From Dehalococcoidia bacterium (GTDB taxonomy: Bacteria; Chloroflexota; Dehalococcoidia; Lucifugimonadales; UBA3495): a stretch of 64,000 nucleotides of DNA. A program made the translations under genes and the position numbers. Each line of letters opens with the position of its first letter. Positions within the stretch are counted from its first letter, which is position 1. Shown piece by piece: positions 37,674 through 46,163 of this stretch. Below the pieces are notes generated by a model that was given only the letters and a program-made list of their open reading frames with translations, had not been told where the DNA came from and did not search any database. The stretch lies in contig CAXXOI010000005.1 in assembly GCA_963664175.2 (NCBI GenBank), forward strand, positions 6,542 to 70,541, read 5' to 3'.

Positions 37674-38486
37674 ATGATTCTTGGGGCGATCACCAATTCG
37701 TGGCGCCTGCAACTGGCAGATCAGTCCCTGTTGAAGCTGGTGTCGCTGGCTGAGGCGAGGGGCGCCCGCCACATAGAGTTGCGGCAGACGTGCCTGGGAG
37801 CCTGTGAGTCGGGTGAGGGTGACGACTGGAGACCATCGCTGCCGGGACTTGCCGCCGTGGTTGAAGCACACCCAGACCTGAGCTACGACTTGGCCATGGC
37901 GTGGCCCTGCCTCACTCGAGAGTCGAACCCGCATGGGGAGGCCTGGCAGGCGGCGCTCGAAGGGGCCCGGATGGTGGGCGGAGACACGCCGCAACTGCGG
38001 ATCGTGGATCCCTCGGCCTCCGGGAATGCCTGGGAGACTCCTGCTGACATTCCCGCCGAGGCTTGGGGGCTTGCCGGGCTGGCCACCGAGGCGGCAAGGC
38101 AGGGAGTCATTCTGTCCATGGAAAACTCGGGCCAACCCATCGCCAGCATGGCCATGCTGGTCGAGGCGGTGCGGGAAAGAATGCCTGAGGAATTCCGGGG
38201 ATACCTGGGCCTCTGTCCCGACCCCACCAATCAGTTGCGACGTTTTCCGGATTCCGATCCGTTGCGAGACCTTGAAGCGTTGCCCCTCGATATGCTCAAG
38301 ATCGTGCATTTCAAGCAGATGCGGGCAGGAGAGGCGTGGTCCACCGTTGACGACGGCGACCTGGACTGTCGCGAGATGCGGGACATTCTGGCCGCCAAGG
38401 GTTACGATGGCCCGGCCATAATGGAAATACCGCCTCATACCGAAGTCTTCGCCAATCTCGAAAGCAGCTTTGCCTATCTTGGCTGA
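37674..38486 (+). CDS. sugar phosphate isomerase/epimerase (xylose-isomerase-like TIM barrel)
   Basis: ATG at 37674 follows GGAGGAAACC. Pattern ...RHIELRQ..., ...SMENSG..., ...VHFKQ fits this fold. The track ORF is 5'-extended. Confidence 0.6.
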   Translation: MILGAITNSWRLQLADQSLLKLVSLAEARGARHIELRQTCLGACESGEGDDWRPSLPGLAAVVEAHPDLSYDLAMAWPCLTRESNPHGEAWQAALEGARMVGGDTPQLRIVDPSASGNAWETPADIPAEAWGLAGLATEAARQGVILSMENSGQPIASMAMLVEAVRERMPEEFRGYLGLCPDPTNQLRRFPDSDPLRDLEALPLDMLKIVHFKQMRAGEAWSTVDDGDLDCREMRDILAAKGYDGPAIMEIPPHTEVFANLESSFAYLG

Positions 38487-38560
38487 TTGAGAAGCCCCCA
38501 GTTCCGGGTATCGAATTCCCCTGTCCACCCATTTGAACAGTTGATGGGGAGTCGCCAGGC

Positions 38561-40381
38561 ATGCAGAATCCAGCAACCCAGGACATATTCGGAAGTCCAC
38601 CCGGCGACACTCGATGGGACGCACTCATCGAATGGACCAGGCTGTTTTACGTGTGGGACCGCTTCCAGGAGACGGAACGGGACTACAAGATGGAAATTGC
38701 CCATACATTGGCCAGCGTTCGAGATATGCTGCTCGACGGGTTCCCCAACTGGGACGCCGGGCTGAAGGGACCCCGCTCACCCGGCTATCACATGGTCAAC
38801 TGGCGGGTCTATTCGGCGTTCAGGAACCTGCTGGACAAGGACAAACCTCTGGTCGGGAGCGTGCTGCAACAATTCTGGGAGTCGACTGGCCGCCTGACAC
38901 CCGAGGAGAGGATCAGGCAATTCGAAGAGCGTATAGCCGTCGGACCCGGCGGTCAGTTGGCCGCGGCTTTCCTCCTGGCGGATGACCCCACCAGCAATCC
39001 CCCGTACCGCGCCGAGTACCTGAACAGGGCTTATCAGCTGGTAGGACGGGAAAGGGACGAGGTCGGGGACAGCGGAGGGCGCCGATACCGCCGCATGCTC
39101 AACTTCCTGGACGAGTTCATGGCCCGGTCGGAAGCCCGTAACCTCCACATCCGGGACCGCCTCGATGCGCAGGCGTTGATCTGGTGCGTCATACTCTACG
39201 GTACGGACAGGCCCCCGGCCAGCGAGTGGCCGGAGGGACTAAAGCAGAGCTACGATGCCTATCTGCACGGGGACACCGTGCAGCCGCCTCCGCCGCCCTC
39301 GGAATTCCGGCTGGAACCCCAGGTGCCGGACGCCACGGAGCCCAGCGCAGACCCTCCCGCAGACCCCTGGTCGCTGGAAAGCCTGGCGACGCTGGCTGAT
39401 GAACTCCTCTGGGACCAGGATGACCTTGCCGAGGTCATCACCGATCTGCAGGAAAAGCGCCAGGTGATTTTCTACGGACCTCCAGGGACCGGGAAGACCT
39501 ACGTGGCCCGCCGGATTGCCCAGCATTGTCGGCGGCACGGCGGCGATTCAGCGGTAGTGCAGTTTCATCCATCCTATTCTTACGAGGATTTCGTTGAAGG
39601 GTTCCGTCCCAGGATTCACGAGGGCCAGCCAGGGTTTGAGCTTGTCCCGGGGCCTCTGCTCCGTATAGCAGCCCAAGCCGCGGCGAATCCCGAATTCACC
39701 CACATCCTGGTCATCGACGAATTGAACCGCGGCAACGTGGCCAAGACTCTTGGCGAGCTGTACTACCTGCTTGAATACCGGAACGAGGAGATACAGCTCC
39801 AATACAGCGGGCCGGGGCAGCGTTTCCGCTTGCCCGACAACCTGTGGCTGATCTGCACCATGAACACAGCCGACCGGTCCATCGCGCTGATGGACGCCGC
39901 TCTGCGCAGACGGTTCTACTTCACCCCATTCTTTTCCAACCAGCCCCCGGTCGAGGGCCTGCTGCATCGCTGGCTGGAACGGCACAATCCGGAGATGGCC
40001 TGGGTGGCAGATCTTGTCGACCTGGCCAATGAAAAGGTTGGGGACCGGCACCTGGGTGTGGGCCCCAGCTACTTCATGGTGGATTCCGGCGAGCTGGACG
40101 AGTCCCGTGTCCGTCGGATCTGGAAGCGAGCGGTGATTCCCTACATCGAGGAGCAATTCTTCGGCAACGAGGACAGGCTTGCGGAGTTCGAGTTCGACGC
40201 TCTCAAGGCGGAGTTGCCATACAGCGTCAACGGCAGTTCTTCATCGGATGTCCCGCCCGAAACGAGCGAAGCTGGCGGCGTTCCCGCCGGCATCCCGCCT
40301 GAAGAAGCGTCTGCGCTTTCGGAGCCCGAGCCGATGGCGGAGGGGGTTGCCGCAGGCGATGCGGACAATCCAACTCCGTGA
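38561..40381 (+). CDS. mcrB: McrB-like AAA+ GTPase with unrecognised about 290-aa N-terminal domain
   Basis: Walker A FYGPPGTGKT, HPSYSYEDFVEGFRP, Walker B ILVIDELNRGN, McrB-specific MNTADRS, and arginine motif DAALRRRFYF. Acidic/Pro-rich C-terminal tail. Confidence 0.85.
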   Translation: MQNPATQDIFGSPPGDTRWDALIEWTRLFYVWDRFQETERDYKMEIAHTLASVRDMLLDGFPNWDAGLKGPRSPGYHMVNWRVYSAFRNLLDKDKPLVGSVLQQFWESTGRLTPEERIRQFEERIAVGPGGQLAAAFLLADDPTSNPPYRAEYLNRAYQLVGRERDEVGDSGGRRYRRMLNFLDEFMARSEARNLHIRDRLDAQALIWCVILYGTDRPPASEWPEGLKQSYDAYLHGDTVQPPPPPSEFRLEPQVPDATEPSADPPADPWSLESLATLADELLWDQDDLAEVITDLQEKRQVIFYGPPGTGKTYVARRIAQHCRRHGGDSAVVQFHPSYSYEDFVEGFRPRIHEGQPGFELVPGPLLRIAAQAAANPEFTHILVIDELNRGNVAKTLGELYYLLEYRNEEIQLQYSGPGQRFRLPDNLWLICTMNTADRSIALMDAALRRRFYFTPFFSNQPPVEGLLHRWLERHNPEMAWVADLVDLANEKVGDRHLGVGPSYFMVDSGELDESRVRRIWKRAVIPYIEEQFFGNEDRLAEFEFDALKAELPYSVNGSSSSDVPPETSEAGGVPAGIPPEEASALSEPEPMAEGVAAGDADNPTP

Positions 40382-41600
40382 AGGCGAGACCACCAGGGTA
40401 GACACGCTGCTGGACAGCCGGCAGCTGGAAATCCTTGGCCGGGCCAGGGTGGATGTCCGTCCCGCTCTGTCACCTGGACTGCAGCCCGGAACGTCGTGGG
40501 AGTTTCGCGCCGGCAACTACATTGGAGTGTTCCGCTGCGGGGATCTGAACATTGTCATCCGTCCCAGGATCCGCTTGGACCGGGTAATGTTCATGGTGGG
40601 CTACTCCCTGAATCCAGGCGAGTGGAATACGTCACCCTTGCCTCTGTCTCACGAGGACGACATCCTTGAGGCGATCGTCCCCGCTTTTGTTCGGCTCACT
40701 CAGGAAGCCATACGTCGCGGCCTGCTCCAGGGGTATCGAACCTGCGAGGAATCATCGACAGCCCTCCGGGGTCGCATTCGCCTCGCCGACCAGATCAAGG
40801 AACGATTCGGCCTCCCGCTTCCGGTGGAGGTAACCTATGACGACTTCACCGAGGACATCGAGGAAAACCGGATCCTCAAAACGGCCATAGGGATCCTCCT
40901 GAACACGCCCATTCGCTCCCCGGAAGCCCGGAGGGAACTCGGAGCGCTGCGGCCGGCCTTCACGCCGGTCTCCACCAGTTCCTACCAGCGGGGACTGGTC
41001 CCGAGGGTGAACTACACGCGCTTGAACCAGCGCTACCGGCCGGCGGTGGAATTGGCCCGCCTTATCATCGGCAGCTCCCTTGCCGAGTTCACGCCGGGAG
41101 ACAAATTGGGCGCCTCATTCCTGGTGGACATGGACCGGGTATTCGAGAGCTTTCTGCGCACCGCACTGCGGCAGACGCTGCGCCTGTCCGAGTCCGAATG
41201 GCCGGGCCGGTCGTCCGGCAGTCGGGTGCTGCACCTTGAGGAGGCGGGCCAGGTGCAGGTGATCCCCGGCCTCTCGTGGTGGAGGGGGCGGCGCTGCCTT
41301 TTCGTCGGAGAGGCGCGGTATACCAGGCCGACGGGAGGTCGCGAGCCGATGGAGGGCCAGCAGTCCGACATCTACCGCATGCTGGCCTACTGCACTGCGG
41401 CAGACCTGCCCTCGGGTCTGCTGGTATATGCCGGCGAGGGGACGGCGGATTCCGCGGTGCATCGCATCAGGAACACTGGTAAGGCCATCGAGGTTGTCTC
41501 ACTGGACCTGGAGGGAAGCCCGGAGCAGACCCTGCTGCAGGTCCAGGCCCTGGCTGAACGGGTGAAGGCGCACCGCAGCGGCGCTCTCGCTGTCGCCTGA
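40359..41600 (+). CDS. mcrC: McrC-like protein (nuclease motif apparently degenerate)
   Basis: FLVDMDRVFESFL, ...VIPGLSWW...LFVGEARYT...DIYRMLAYC...GLLVYA aligns by eye with the McrC core PDxx...DAKYK...lyQllaY...LiYP. ATG at 40359 overlaps the mcrB 3' end by 23 nt; the track ORF is 5'-extended. Confidence 0.75.
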   Translation: MRTIQLREGETTRVDTLLDSRQLEILGRARVDVRPALSPGLQPGTSWEFRAGNYIGVFRCGDLNIVIRPRIRLDRVMFMVGYSLNPGEWNTSPLPLSHEDDILEAIVPAFVRLTQEAIRRGLLQGYRTCEESSTALRGRIRLADQIKERFGLPLPVEVTYDDFTEDIEENRILKTAIGILLNTPIRSPEARRELGALRPAFTPVSTSSYQRGLVPRVNYTRLNQRYRPAVELARLIIGSSLAEFTPGDKLGASFLVDMDRVFESFLRTALRQTLRLSESEWPGRSSGSRVLHLEEAGQVQVIPGLSWWRGRRCLFVGEARYTRPTGGREPMEGQQSDIYRMLAYCTAADLPSGLLVYAGEGTADSAVHRIRNTGKAIEVVSLDLEGSPEQTLLQVQALAERVKAHRSGALAVA

Positions 41601-41650
41601 TAGGGTGCCCGTGGTTTCCCTCTTGTATGGAAGGAGGGTGAGACGACGGC

Positions 41651-42769
41651 CTAACCCACCCGGTGGTGGTCCAGCAGGTCCATGTTCAGCTCATATCCGA
41701 TGCCCGGGCGGTCGGGGACGGTGACGTAGCCGTCCCGGTCGGGCCTCAGCTTGGGCTCGAACATCTCGTCGCGCAGCGGGTCGACGGCGGACGGGTAGTA
41801 TTCGAGGAACTCGCCGTGGGCGACTCCCGCCGCCAGTGGCAGCTGCAGCTCCTGGCAGCCGTGCGGCGCGATTGTGACGCCCCGCTCCGCTGCCAGGTTG
41901 GCGATATCCATGGCCACGTCGTAGCCGGGGCAAATGGTGGCGTCGACGTTGAGGATGTCGGCCCCATTGTGGTCCAGCAGGGTGCGGAAGTGAGCCAGGT
42001 GGTAGCCGTTCTCGCCGGTGGCGATCTTGACGCTGGACATTTCCGCCAGCCGCCGGTGGCCCTCGTAATCGTGGATGGGCAGCGGCTCCTCGAACCAGTA
42101 GACATCGTGTTCCGGCAGCAGGCGGGCAAACTCCATGGCCGTAGGCAGGTCGAGGGCGCAGTTGGCATCCACCAGCAGCGAGGCGCTGTCGCCGATGGCC
42201 TCGCGGGCTGCGGCTACGCGTTCCATGTCCCCCGCAACGCCGACGTTGGGATCGCCGATCTTGATCTTGACCGCCCCTGCGTGCAGCTCCTCGACGTTGA
42301 AGCGCACCTCGTCCTTAAGTTCCTCCAGCCCCTTGCCCTCGGCGTAGTAGCCGCCGGCGATGTAGGTGCGGATGCGTGACTGCGCTCCGCCCAGCAGCTT
42401 GTGTACCGACTGGCCCAGCGCCTTGCCCTTTATGTCCCAGCAGGCGATGTTGATGGCTGCCAGCACCTGGGTGTTCAGACCGCCGGGGCCGAGGATCTTG
42501 ATCAGCTTTTCGCCCAGGTCAACGGCGATGCCGCGCGTATCCAGCGGGTCCCGACCGATGAGCATGGGGCGGAAATAGTTGACGTAAAGAGGGAGGAACT
42601 CCATGGGCCGCTCAGCGGCAGTGCCCCCGTTCCAGCCGTACCCGGTGATGCCCTCGTCGGTGGTCACGGACACCTTGTGCAGCCGCCCCGGGCCGTAGAA
42701 GTGCCCGCCGTTCCAGATGCCGGGCCGCTCCCACTCAAAGACTTCGCTGCTAACGCCGGTGATTTTCAT
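41651..42769 (-). CDS. enolase-superfamily enzyme (mandelate racemase/muconate lactonizing family)
   Basis: MKITGV... N-terminal capping domain, then the barrel ...VKIKIGDP..., ...LLVDANCAL..., ...YWFEEPL..., ...IATGE.... ATG at 42769 follows AAGGAGCAACCCC. Confidence 0.85.
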   Translation of the reverse strand: MKITGVSSEVFEWERPGIWNGGHFYGPGRLHKVSVTTDEGITGYGWNGGTAAERPMEFLPLYVNYFRPMLIGRDPLDTRGIAVDLGEKLIKILGPGGLNTQVLAAINIACWDIKGKALGQSVHKLLGGAQSRIRTYIAGGYYAEGKGLEELKDEVRFNVEELHAGAVKIKIGDPNVGVAGDMERVAAAREAIGDSASLLVDANCALDLPTAMEFARLLPEHDVYWFEEPLPIHDYEGHRRLAEMSSVKIATGENGYHLAHFRTLLDHNGADILNVDATICPGYDVAMDIANLAAERGVTIAPHGCQELQLPLAAGVAHGEFLEYYPSAVDPLRDEMFEPKLRPDRDGYVTVPDRPGIGYELNMDLLDHHRVG

Positions 42770-42834
42770 GGGGTTGCTCCTTGCCGTTTCCGCCCAACTC
42801 ACAAATATTTGCGACAAGGGCCTTTTCTACGAAA

Positions 42835-43407
42835 TCAACCCGTAGCGACTTTACTCAGGCGCTTTGCAAGGCAGTCAAAGTCATCTGGACACTTCCCACG
42901 GATTGCATTGATGCTTCGCGACGCTTCTTTTCCCAAAATCTTCCTGCCATTGCCCGGCGTACTCGATAGACCTCGCTGCTCAACATAGGGGTCGAAGTAG
43001 ACCTCCTTAACATCTCGTTCGCAGCGCACTGTGGACCATGTCCAATTACTGGGCAAGTCTGTCATTGCAGCTAAAACCCAAGCTTCAATCTCTTGCCAAG
43101 CGTTTACTGCTACGAAAGTTCGTATGCTTGTAAATTCATTTTCTAGTTGGGCAAGCCTATCTTTTCTGTTCGCTTCCCCGTCACGGTCAACACAGAGGAT
43201 GAAAAGGTCCGTCATCCCACGGTATTGATCGACTATTTTTCTAATTTCCCCGGAATTGAGTGCTCTATCAACTCCCCGCAATCTAGGGTTTTGGCAGACT
43301 TGTATTTTGGCTGACGGGACTCCGATGCTTCTAAAGAGCCGAGCAAGTATAGGTCTCAAAATGTACTGGTCGTTTGGGCAATCCTCTGGGATGATGAGAA
43401 CATTCAT
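42835..43407 (-). CDS. small TOPRIM-like protein (DUF4276-like), partner of the upstream ATPase
   Basis: MNVLIIPEDCPND (conserved Glu), ...LFILCVDRDGE (DxD), ...WQEIEAWVL. The ATG overlaps the ATPase stop (TAATG at 43405-43409). Confidence 0.6.
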   Translation of the reverse strand: MNVLIIPEDCPNDQYILRPILARLFRSIGVPSAKIQVCQNPRLRGVDRALNSGEIRKIVDQYRGMTDLFILCVDRDGEANRKDRLAQLENEFTSIRTFVAVNAWQEIEAWVLAAMTDLPSNWTWSTVRCERDVKEVYFDPYVEQRGLSSTPGNGRKILGKEASRSINAIRGKCPDDFDCLAKRLSKVATG

Positions 43408-44660
43408 TAGCACTCATCCTCGCTCTCGTCGTCATCCATATGGTCTGTATCGGCGTCTCCCTCCGAGAACTTCAGCGCCTCTCCAATCCAGTTTGAGGTG
43501 AATAATTCCCCCAAAGAAGTGGACTTACGAAGTTCCCTCAAGTTGTACAACCCCGCGATTGGTCGAATGATGCTATCAGTCCAGTAATCATCGCGGTAGA
43601 CAACGGAGGCATGCTCGAATGTCGAGTCGTTCATCCAAGTAAGCAATGCGGGAGAGTGAGTGGTAGTAATGACCTGAAGGCCTCCTTGGGCTGTTTGCCT
43701 TTCAATGAAATCCAGCAGCAACCATAGCCTGGCAGGGTGTATGCCTGCATCGAGGTCTTCAAAAACGTATATGCTAGGCGGCTGTTCTGCAAGTAATGCC
43801 GTTAGGACTCCCAGGAAGCGCAGGGTGCCATCGGAGGCGCTGTACGCTGACACCTTGCGCCCGCTGCGTTCTACAAATAGGAGTTGAGTTAGGTTATTCG
43901 AGTCGAACGGGAACTCAAAGTCCTCCACGTCCATCGGCACGAGTTCGTGGAGCCACGATAATAGTATTCTCTTTCGGTCGGGATCTCGGCAGATGGACTC
44001 AAGCGCCGCGGAGAGATTTTCACCGGAATCGCTAAAGACCGATCCGCCCCTTTTTGAAGGTTTTCGGAGATGATCGGGTGAGAATTCCAAGAATCTAGTA
44101 TGTTGGAAAAGCGAGAGAAGTTCGTACACCAAGCCCGAAAAAGGTACGTTTATGGCCGCCTCAAGTTGCATCAAGACGGGTTGAGTGCGGTTGAAACGAG
44201 CCGGTGTCTCTCCTGTATCCTTTAAGTGTGCGCTGAGGCTCCTACCATTGGAATCCTCGAAAGTATCGTAAAGAATCTCTGATCCTACTATTAGAGATTC
44301 CTTTTCCAGACGGAAGTGCTCTGGAGAATGAGGATTGTAACCCACGGTAATCGAGTAGCTAAACTTTTGTTCATCTAAGTTAGCTTCTACACTTACCTTC
44401 ATCGTCGACCAAGAAAAAGAATAGACAGGTTCAAATCTGATAACTTCCGATGGCGCTCCTCGAATTCCAGGCCATTGGCTTGTCCCTTCGATAATCTGAG
44501 CAATGGTATAACCCCTTCCGATGCCGTGGAGAAAGCGGAAGGCGTCGCGGATGTTACTCTTGCCGCTGGCGTTGGCCCCAGTGATTACCGTGAAGGGGCC
44601 GACTTTCAGCGTCTCGTCCGCGAAGTTCTTAAAATTGACCATTCGCAGCGATGTGATCAT
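43407..44660 (-). CDS. ABC/SMC-type ATPase (AAA_15/AAA_21-like, OLD/PARIS AriA-like)
   Basis: MITSLRMVNFKNF...TVITGANASGKSNIRDAFRFL (Walker A), signature-like ASDGTLRFL, Walker B IYVFEDLDAGIHP, and H-loop TTTHSP. Acidic C-terminal tail. Confidence 0.8.
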   Translation of the reverse strand: MITSLRMVNFKNFADETLKVGPFTVITGANASGKSNIRDAFRFLHGIGRGYTIAQIIEGTSQWPGIRGAPSEVIRFEPVYSFSWSTMKVSVEANLDEQKFSYSITVGYNPHSPEHFRLEKESLIVGSEILYDTFEDSNGRSLSAHLKDTGETPARFNRTQPVLMQLEAAINVPFSGLVYELLSLFQHTRFLEFSPDHLRKPSKRGGSVFSDSGENLSAALESICRDPDRKRILLSWLHELVPMDVEDFEFPFDSNNLTQLLFVERSGRKVSAYSASDGTLRFLGVLTALLAEQPPSIYVFEDLDAGIHPARLWLLLDFIERQTAQGGLQVITTTHSPALLTWMNDSTFEHASVVYRDDYWTDSIIRPIAGLYNLRELRKSTSLGELFTSNWIGEALKFSEGDADTDHMDDDESEDEC

Positions 44661-44702
44661 GGCTTCACCTTGAAACGGTATTGCTGAATTTGCTCAGGCT
44701 GG

Positions 44703-45992
44703 CTAGCACAGGTCCAGCAGCACGTCATCGTCGCCGCCGTGCAGGTCTACGAGGCGGCCGTCCTTGATCACGGCGTCGAGGTGTCTGCCGCGCTGCAGGA
44801 TGCTGATGTCGGCCAGTGGGTCGGCGTCGAGGATCAGCAGGTCGGCCAGCTTGCCCGCCTCGATGGTGCCCAGCTCGCCCTCGAGGCCCACGGTGTAGGC
44901 GTTCTCGCGGGTGTTGGCGACGATGGCCTCCATGGGCGAGTAGCCGCCGTACTTCACCATCACCTCGGCCTCGTTGGCGTGCAGTGTGCCGTAGGGCATC
45001 ACCGGCGAATTGCCGCTGTCGGTTCCCACCAGCACCTTGACGCCGAAGTTTCGGGCAGTCTGCAGCACGTTGACGGCGCTTTCGGCGTTGCGTCGGATGA
45101 GGTCGATTTCCTCATCGCTGCGGCCTTTTTCCTTGCCGATGTTGATCGCCTCGAACAGGAAGGTCATGGTCGGCATCACGCGCACGCCCGCCTCGGCCAC
45201 GGCCCAAAGCTCGGCCTCGGTGGCCAGGTCGGCGTGCATGATCCAGTCGACGCCCGCCTCGGCGGCGGCCTTGGTCGACCCGGCGCCACGGGAGTGAATG
45301 GCCACCCTGGAGTTGCGGCGATGGGCCTCGTCCACCACGGCGGCGATTTCCTCCTTGGACATGGTCTGGTTGTCGCCCCACACGCTGTCGGCCAGCTTGA
45401 CGAAGTCGACGCCGTGTTTCGTCTGGCGGCGCACCTCGGTGACCATGTCGTTGACGTCGTTGGCCAGGACGCCCAGCAGGTGCTCAGGTGTGCCGACCCA
45501 CGACGGCTCGTAGTCGCCAATGCTGCCGTAGGTGACGATGAATCGCCCGGCGGTGAAGATCCGCGGCCCCTCAACCAGGCCGGCGTTGATTGCATCACGG
45601 AGTCCGACCTCGATGAACCAGGTCCCGCCCGGTATCGAGATGCTGGTGACACCGGACCGCAGCACCGTCTGCGCGTTGCGGGCGGCGCGGATGGCGTTGA
45701 ACCCTGGGCTGACCGTCCCGCGCCCGCTGGGATACTTGAGCGACGACACCGCCGGGAAGCCGAAGGACAGGTGGCAGTGGCCGTCGATCAGCCCGGGCAT
45801 GATCCACTTGCCCTCGGCGTCGATTACCTCGTAACTGCCAGTGTCTTCCAGATTCAGGCCCGGCGGCAGAGCACCCACGCTGGAGACGCGGTTGCCCTCG
45901 ATGACCACAGCGTCGTTCTGCGACGCCGGTTCCCCCGTTCCGTCTATGAGCGTTCCGTTGCGAATGACCATTGTCTTGCCGTTGGCGCTCAT
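44703..45992 (-). CDS. metal-dependent amidohydrolase (imidazolonepropionase/prolidase-like family)
   Basis: ...MPGLIDGHCHL..., ...IHSRG..., ...GTDSG... motifs. ATG at 45992 follows AGGAGGAGACC. The track ORF is 5'-extended. Confidence 0.82.
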   Translation of the reverse strand: MSANGKTMVIRNGTLIDGTGEPASQNDAVVIEGNRVSSVGALPPGLNLEDTGSYEVIDAEGKWIMPGLIDGHCHLSFGFPAVSSLKYPSGRGTVSPGFNAIRAARNAQTVLRSGVTSISIPGGTWFIEVGLRDAINAGLVEGPRIFTAGRFIVTYGSIGDYEPSWVGTPEHLLGVLANDVNDMVTEVRRQTKHGVDFVKLADSVWGDNQTMSKEEIAAVVDEAHRRNSRVAIHSRGAGSTKAAAEAGVDWIMHADLATEAELWAVAEAGVRVMPTMTFLFEAINIGKEKGRSDEEIDLIRRNAESAVNVLQTARNFGVKVLVGTDSGNSPVMPYGTLHANEAEVMVKYGGYSPMEAIVANTRENAYTVGLEGELGTIEAGKLADLLILDADPLADISILQRGRHLDAVIKDGRLVDLHGGDDDVLLDLC

Positions 45993-46163
45993 GGTCTCCT
46001 CCTGCGTTGCTGACTGTTGTCGCAGCCCGGACCGCCGGGTACGTGTTGGGCGGATTATACTACTGCTGTGCAGTGAGGCAATTAAAACGCCCTCTAGAGT
46101 CCCCATCGGGTCTGGAGGGCATTAGCCTGTTTCAGGTGACCTTGGGCGCGTTTATCCTGGCCG

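Noticed and set aside
40179-40358. 5' extensions of many track ORFs (10029, 11161, 14028, 20289, 33541, 37422, 40179, 42817, 46106, 47301, 47346, 48393).
   Set aside because: The extensions overlap upstream genes or REP elements and have junk-like composition. Internal ATG codons with good RBS motifs, followed by canonical family N-termini, were preferred.
41651-42769. The enolase-superfamily gene might be a component of either flanking defence module.
   Set aside because: It has host-like GC, its own strong RBS, complete metabolic-enzyme motifs and no translational coupling to either module. Its position is probably incidental.
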